The notes under the pieces were generated by a model, which saw nothing but the letters and a program-made list of their open reading frames with translations, was not told the DNA's origin and did no database searches. From contig JAFTKJ010000011.1 in the NCBI GenBank assembly GCA_017453305.1, forward strand, positions 3,729 through 67,728: 64,000 nt of DNA, in the 5' to 3' direction. Shown here one piece after another: positions 61,530 to 64,000 of the stretch. The translations under genes and the position numbers were made by a program. Origin of the DNA: Clostridia bacterium (lineage in GTDB: Bacteria > Bacillota > Clostridia > Oscillospirales > CAG-272). Position 1 is the stretch's first letter. Each line of letters opens with the position of its first letter.

Positions 61530-62477
61530 TCACCCAACGGTCGTGCCAAGCACGTCTCCGAGTGAAACCTTGCGACCGTTGATGAAATCTGCCGCCGCCA
61601 TTCGCTTTTTCCCCTCGGGAAGGACAGACAGAAACGCCACCGAGCCGGTTCCGCACGCAACCTCGATCTTGCCGCCCGACAAGGAAAGCACCGTTCCGGC
61701 AGGAGCAAGTGTACCCGTTCTTTGTGCGATCTCACTTGCCGTCACCTTAAGCATTTTGCCGTCCGGCGTATAGGTGAACGCCAGCGGAATGGGAGACAAT
61801 CCGCGGATCTGATCGTGCACACACTTGGCGTCGCGCGAAAAATCAATGACACAATCGTCTTTTTCAATCTTCGCGGCGTGGGTAGCAAGGTTGTCGTCCT
61901 GCTTTGTGCGCGTCAAGGTGCCTGCGCGAAGCTCACGCAAGGTTTTGAGAAGCACCTCTGCGCCGCACGCACCGAGCTTATCGTGTATCGTTTCAAAGTT
62001 ATCGTTTTCTTCAATCGTCACAGCCTGCTTCAAAAGCATATCACCCGTATCGATGCCGTCTGCCATATACATGGTGGTAATACCCGTTTCGGTACATCCG
62101 TCAATGATGGCGCGCTGCATGGGTGCCGCGCCGCGATAAGCGGGCAAAAGCGAGCCATGCACGTTGATACAACCGTATTTGGGATATTCCAGCACGTTTA
62201 CAGGAAGGATCTTACCGTATGCCACAACAATGATCAGGTCGGGGGAGAGCTCCTCCAACAGATTGGCAAACGCCTCACCACGCAAGGTGTTGGGCTGATA
62301 AACGGGAAGCTCTTTTTCGGTCGCATAGACCTTAACGGGGGGCGGTGCGAGCGCGTATCCCCTTCCCTTCGGCTTATCGGGCTGTGTCACCACGCCGATT
62401 ACGTTCTCCCCCGCATCTATGAGAGCGCGCAGAGAAAACAACGCGAAATCGGGGGTTCCCATAAACAGAATCTTCAT
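61530..62477 (-). CDS. fmt: Methionyl-tRNA formyltransferase
   Basis: MKILFMGTPDFA, INVHGSLLPAYRGAAPMQ, and a C-terminal domain. Confidence 0.9.
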   Translation of the reverse strand: MKILFMGTPDFALFSLRALIDAGENVIGVVTQPDKPKGRGYALAPPPVKVYATEKELPVYQPNTLRGEAFANLLEELSPDLIIVVAYGKILPVNVLEYPKYGCINVHGSLLPAYRGAAPMQRAIIDGCTETGITTMYMADGIDTGDMLLKQAVTIEENDNFETIHDKLGACGAEVLLKTLRELRAGTLTRTKQDDNLATHAAKIEKDDCVIDFSRDAKCVHDQIRGLSPIPLAFTYTPDGKMLKVTASEIAQRTGTLAPAGTVLSLSGGKIEVACGTGSVAFLSVLPEGKKRMAAADFINGRKVSLGDVLGTTVG

Positions 62478-62479
62478 GC

Positions 62480-62935
62480 TTACTCCTTCAGTTCCTTTAC
62501 CATTTCGTCAATGAACAGCTTGCCGTCCAGATGGTCCAGCTCGTGGCAGAACGCGCGAGCCAAAAGGTCACTTCCGCTGATCTCAAACCACTCACCCTTG
62601 CGATTCATGGCGCGCACCGTAACGTGCTTAGGGCGCTTGGTAATCCCCCAACGCCCCGGCAGGGAAAGACAGCCCTCCTGCTCCTGTTGCTCGCCTGCAT
62701 AGGCAATGATCTTAGGGTTGATCAACTCGATCGGTTTGCCCTCCTCAACCTCAATGACCGCAATGCGGCGCAAAACACCCACCTGCGGAGCCGCCAAGCC
62801 ACAGCCGTCGGCATCACGCATGGTCTCCAGCATATCGTCCAAAAGCGTCAGAGTACGGGGGGTGATCTTATCTACGGGACGGCAGACCTTGCGGAGCGTC
62901 TCGTCACCGTATTTTACAATGTTCAACTTTGCCAT
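62480..62935 (-). CDS. def: Peptide deformylase
   Basis: GLAAPQVG, EGCLSLPG and HELDHLDG motifs. Start at MAKLNIVKYGD. Confidence 0.9.
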   Translation of the reverse strand: MAKLNIVKYGDETLRKVCRPVDKITPRTLTLLDDMLETMRDADGCGLAAPQVGVLRRIAVIEVEEGKPIELINPKIIAYAGEQQEQEGCLSLPGRWGITKRPKHVTVRAMNRKGEWFEISGSDLLARAFCHELDHLDGKLFIDEMVKELKE

Positions 62936-62952
62936 AGTTTTAAACCTCACTT

Positions 62953-64000
62953 TTACAAATTCGACGGATTGAGATCCACGCCAAGGGATACTCGTTTGCC
63001 TACCTTTTGCCCAAAGGAGGCAAGCAGCTCTGCCAGCATGGCAAGCGTACGGCGCGTCAGCTTACACTTGAGCACCATGCGCATCCGATATTTATTGTCC
63101 ACCCGATACACGGGTGCTTCAAAGGGACCAAAGGTCACCAGCTGTACGTCCTGATACTCCCCTGCGATCATGCCCTTGAGCATCTGATCCATGAGGGTGG
63201 TGGCGCGGAGTGTTTCGTTTTCATGCTCCCCCGTCACCGTTAAAAGGGCGATGTCACAAAACGGTGGGAAGGTCAACAGCTTGCGCAAGCGGATCTCACG
63301 CTGATAAAAGCCCTCGTAGTCCTGCTCACGCGCCAAACGGATGACCTCGCTGTCGGGATTGTTGGTCTGAATGACCGCCAAGCCCTCCTTTTGTCCGCGC
63401 CCTGCGCGACCGATCACCTGCGTCAGCATTGAGAAGGTGCGCTCCGAGGCACGGTAATCATCCAGATACAAGGACGCATCTGCAAGCAGAACACCCACCA
63501 GCGTCACATCCGGGAAATCGTGTCCCTTTGTCACCATTTGCGTTCCAAGAAGCACGTCCGCACCGTGAGAACGGAAGCGCCCCAGCATTTCGTCATATGC
63601 AAACTTGGTTGCCGTGGTGTCGGTGTCCATGCGCAAGATCCTCGCATTTGGCAAAAGGACCTGCAGCTCCTCCTCCACGCGTTGCGTACCAAAGCCCATG
63701 CGCGCCAGGTGCTCCGAGGAGCATGAGGGACAAGACTTTGGAAGCGGCATGCGTCTGCCGCACCAATGACAAACAAGGTCTCCCTCGCTCCAGGTTCCCT
63801 TGCGCGTGTGATAAGTCATTGCCACCGAGCAGGACGGGCAGGTCACCGCCTCGCCACAGCTGCGACAGCTGACAAAGTGGTTATATCCGCGGCGGTTCAA
63901 AAAGAGCACCGCTTGCTCGTCTGCCTGCGTCACGCGACAAAGCTCGCCCATCAACTTCTCCCCTAAAGGAGAGAGCGAGCCTGCATGCACCTCTCGCCGC
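62953..64000 (-). CDS. priA: Primosomal protein N' (PriA), C-terminal part; the gene continues beyond the window
   Basis: Zinc-finger region CRSCGEAVTCPSCSVAMTYH...CHWCG...CPSCSS and helicase C-terminal motifs (QVIGRAGRG). The frame is open to the window edge. Confidence 0.9.
   Translation of the reverse strand, partial: RREVHAGSLSPLGEKLMGELCRVTQADEQAVLFLNRRGYNHFVSCRSCGEAVTCPSCSVAMTYHTRKGTWSEGDLVCHWCGRRMPLPKSCPSCSSEHLARMGFGTQRVEEELQVLLPNARILRMDTDTTATKFAYDEMLGRFRSHGADVLLGTQMVTKGHDFPDVTLVGVLLADASLYLDDYRASERTFSMLTQVIGRAGRGQKEGLAVIQTNNPDSEVIRLAREQDYEGFYQREIRLRKLLTFPPFCDIALLTVTGEHENETLRATTLMDQMLKGMIAGEYQDVQLVTFGPFEAPVYRVDNKYRMRMVLKCKLTRRTLAMLAELLASFGQKVGKRVSLGVDLNPSNL

Noticed and set aside
1-64000. 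I looked for CRISPR arrays, tRNA/rRNA genes, transposases, integrases, phage genes, toxin-antitoxin pairs and known defence-system signatures.
   Set aside because: I found no repeat-spacer periodicity, no cloverleaf-like or rRNA-like segments, and no ORF with recombinase, DDE transposase, nuclease-helicase or other defence-type motifs. The only repeats are the short ones listed under features.

Overview
The window looks like a chromosomal segment of a spore-forming Firmicute of the Clostridia type. Supporting signs are GGAGG-type ribosome-binding sites, near-consensus sigma-A promoters, a SleB-like cortex hydrolase, and the priA-def-fmt ... rsmB-rlmN-(PASTA)-rsgA backbone. I see no rRNA, tRNA, CRISPR array, transposase or integrase. 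I call about 50 CDS. The standout is a same-strand, roughly 22-kb carbohydrate locus (2989..25223). It begins with a tightly packed 14-kb operon encoding a giant (~1300 aa) multi-domain solute-binding protein, two complete ABC permease pairs with no ATPase, an exported NHL-propeller/TPR/Yip1 membrane chimera, and a 1306-aa exported protein of unknown family. Three tandem cytoplasmic GH31 paralogues follow, each with its own strong promoter and terminator, and then an intramembrane-sensing two-component system. Other content: sufCB, GH30, birA, a RluA-family synthase, nahK, an AraC regulator reading in frame into nagB, and trxA. There is also a VanZ-metallophosphoesterase fusion, three low-complexity small proteins, and a mannoside cluster (XRE-HTH::PfkB kinase, lyxose/mannose isomerase, class II aldolase, GH38). 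The rest comprises HAD, a SleB-like hydrolase, an LRR lipoprotein, comM, MATE, CDF and an acyl-CoA ligase. The final block is a housekeeping operon in which prpC and the prkC kinase domain are replaced by a kinase-less PASTA protein and which carries inserted GH43/esterase/pdxK/CN-hydrolase::GDPD genes. All calls come from reading motifs in the supplied translations and the DNA; no database search was run.
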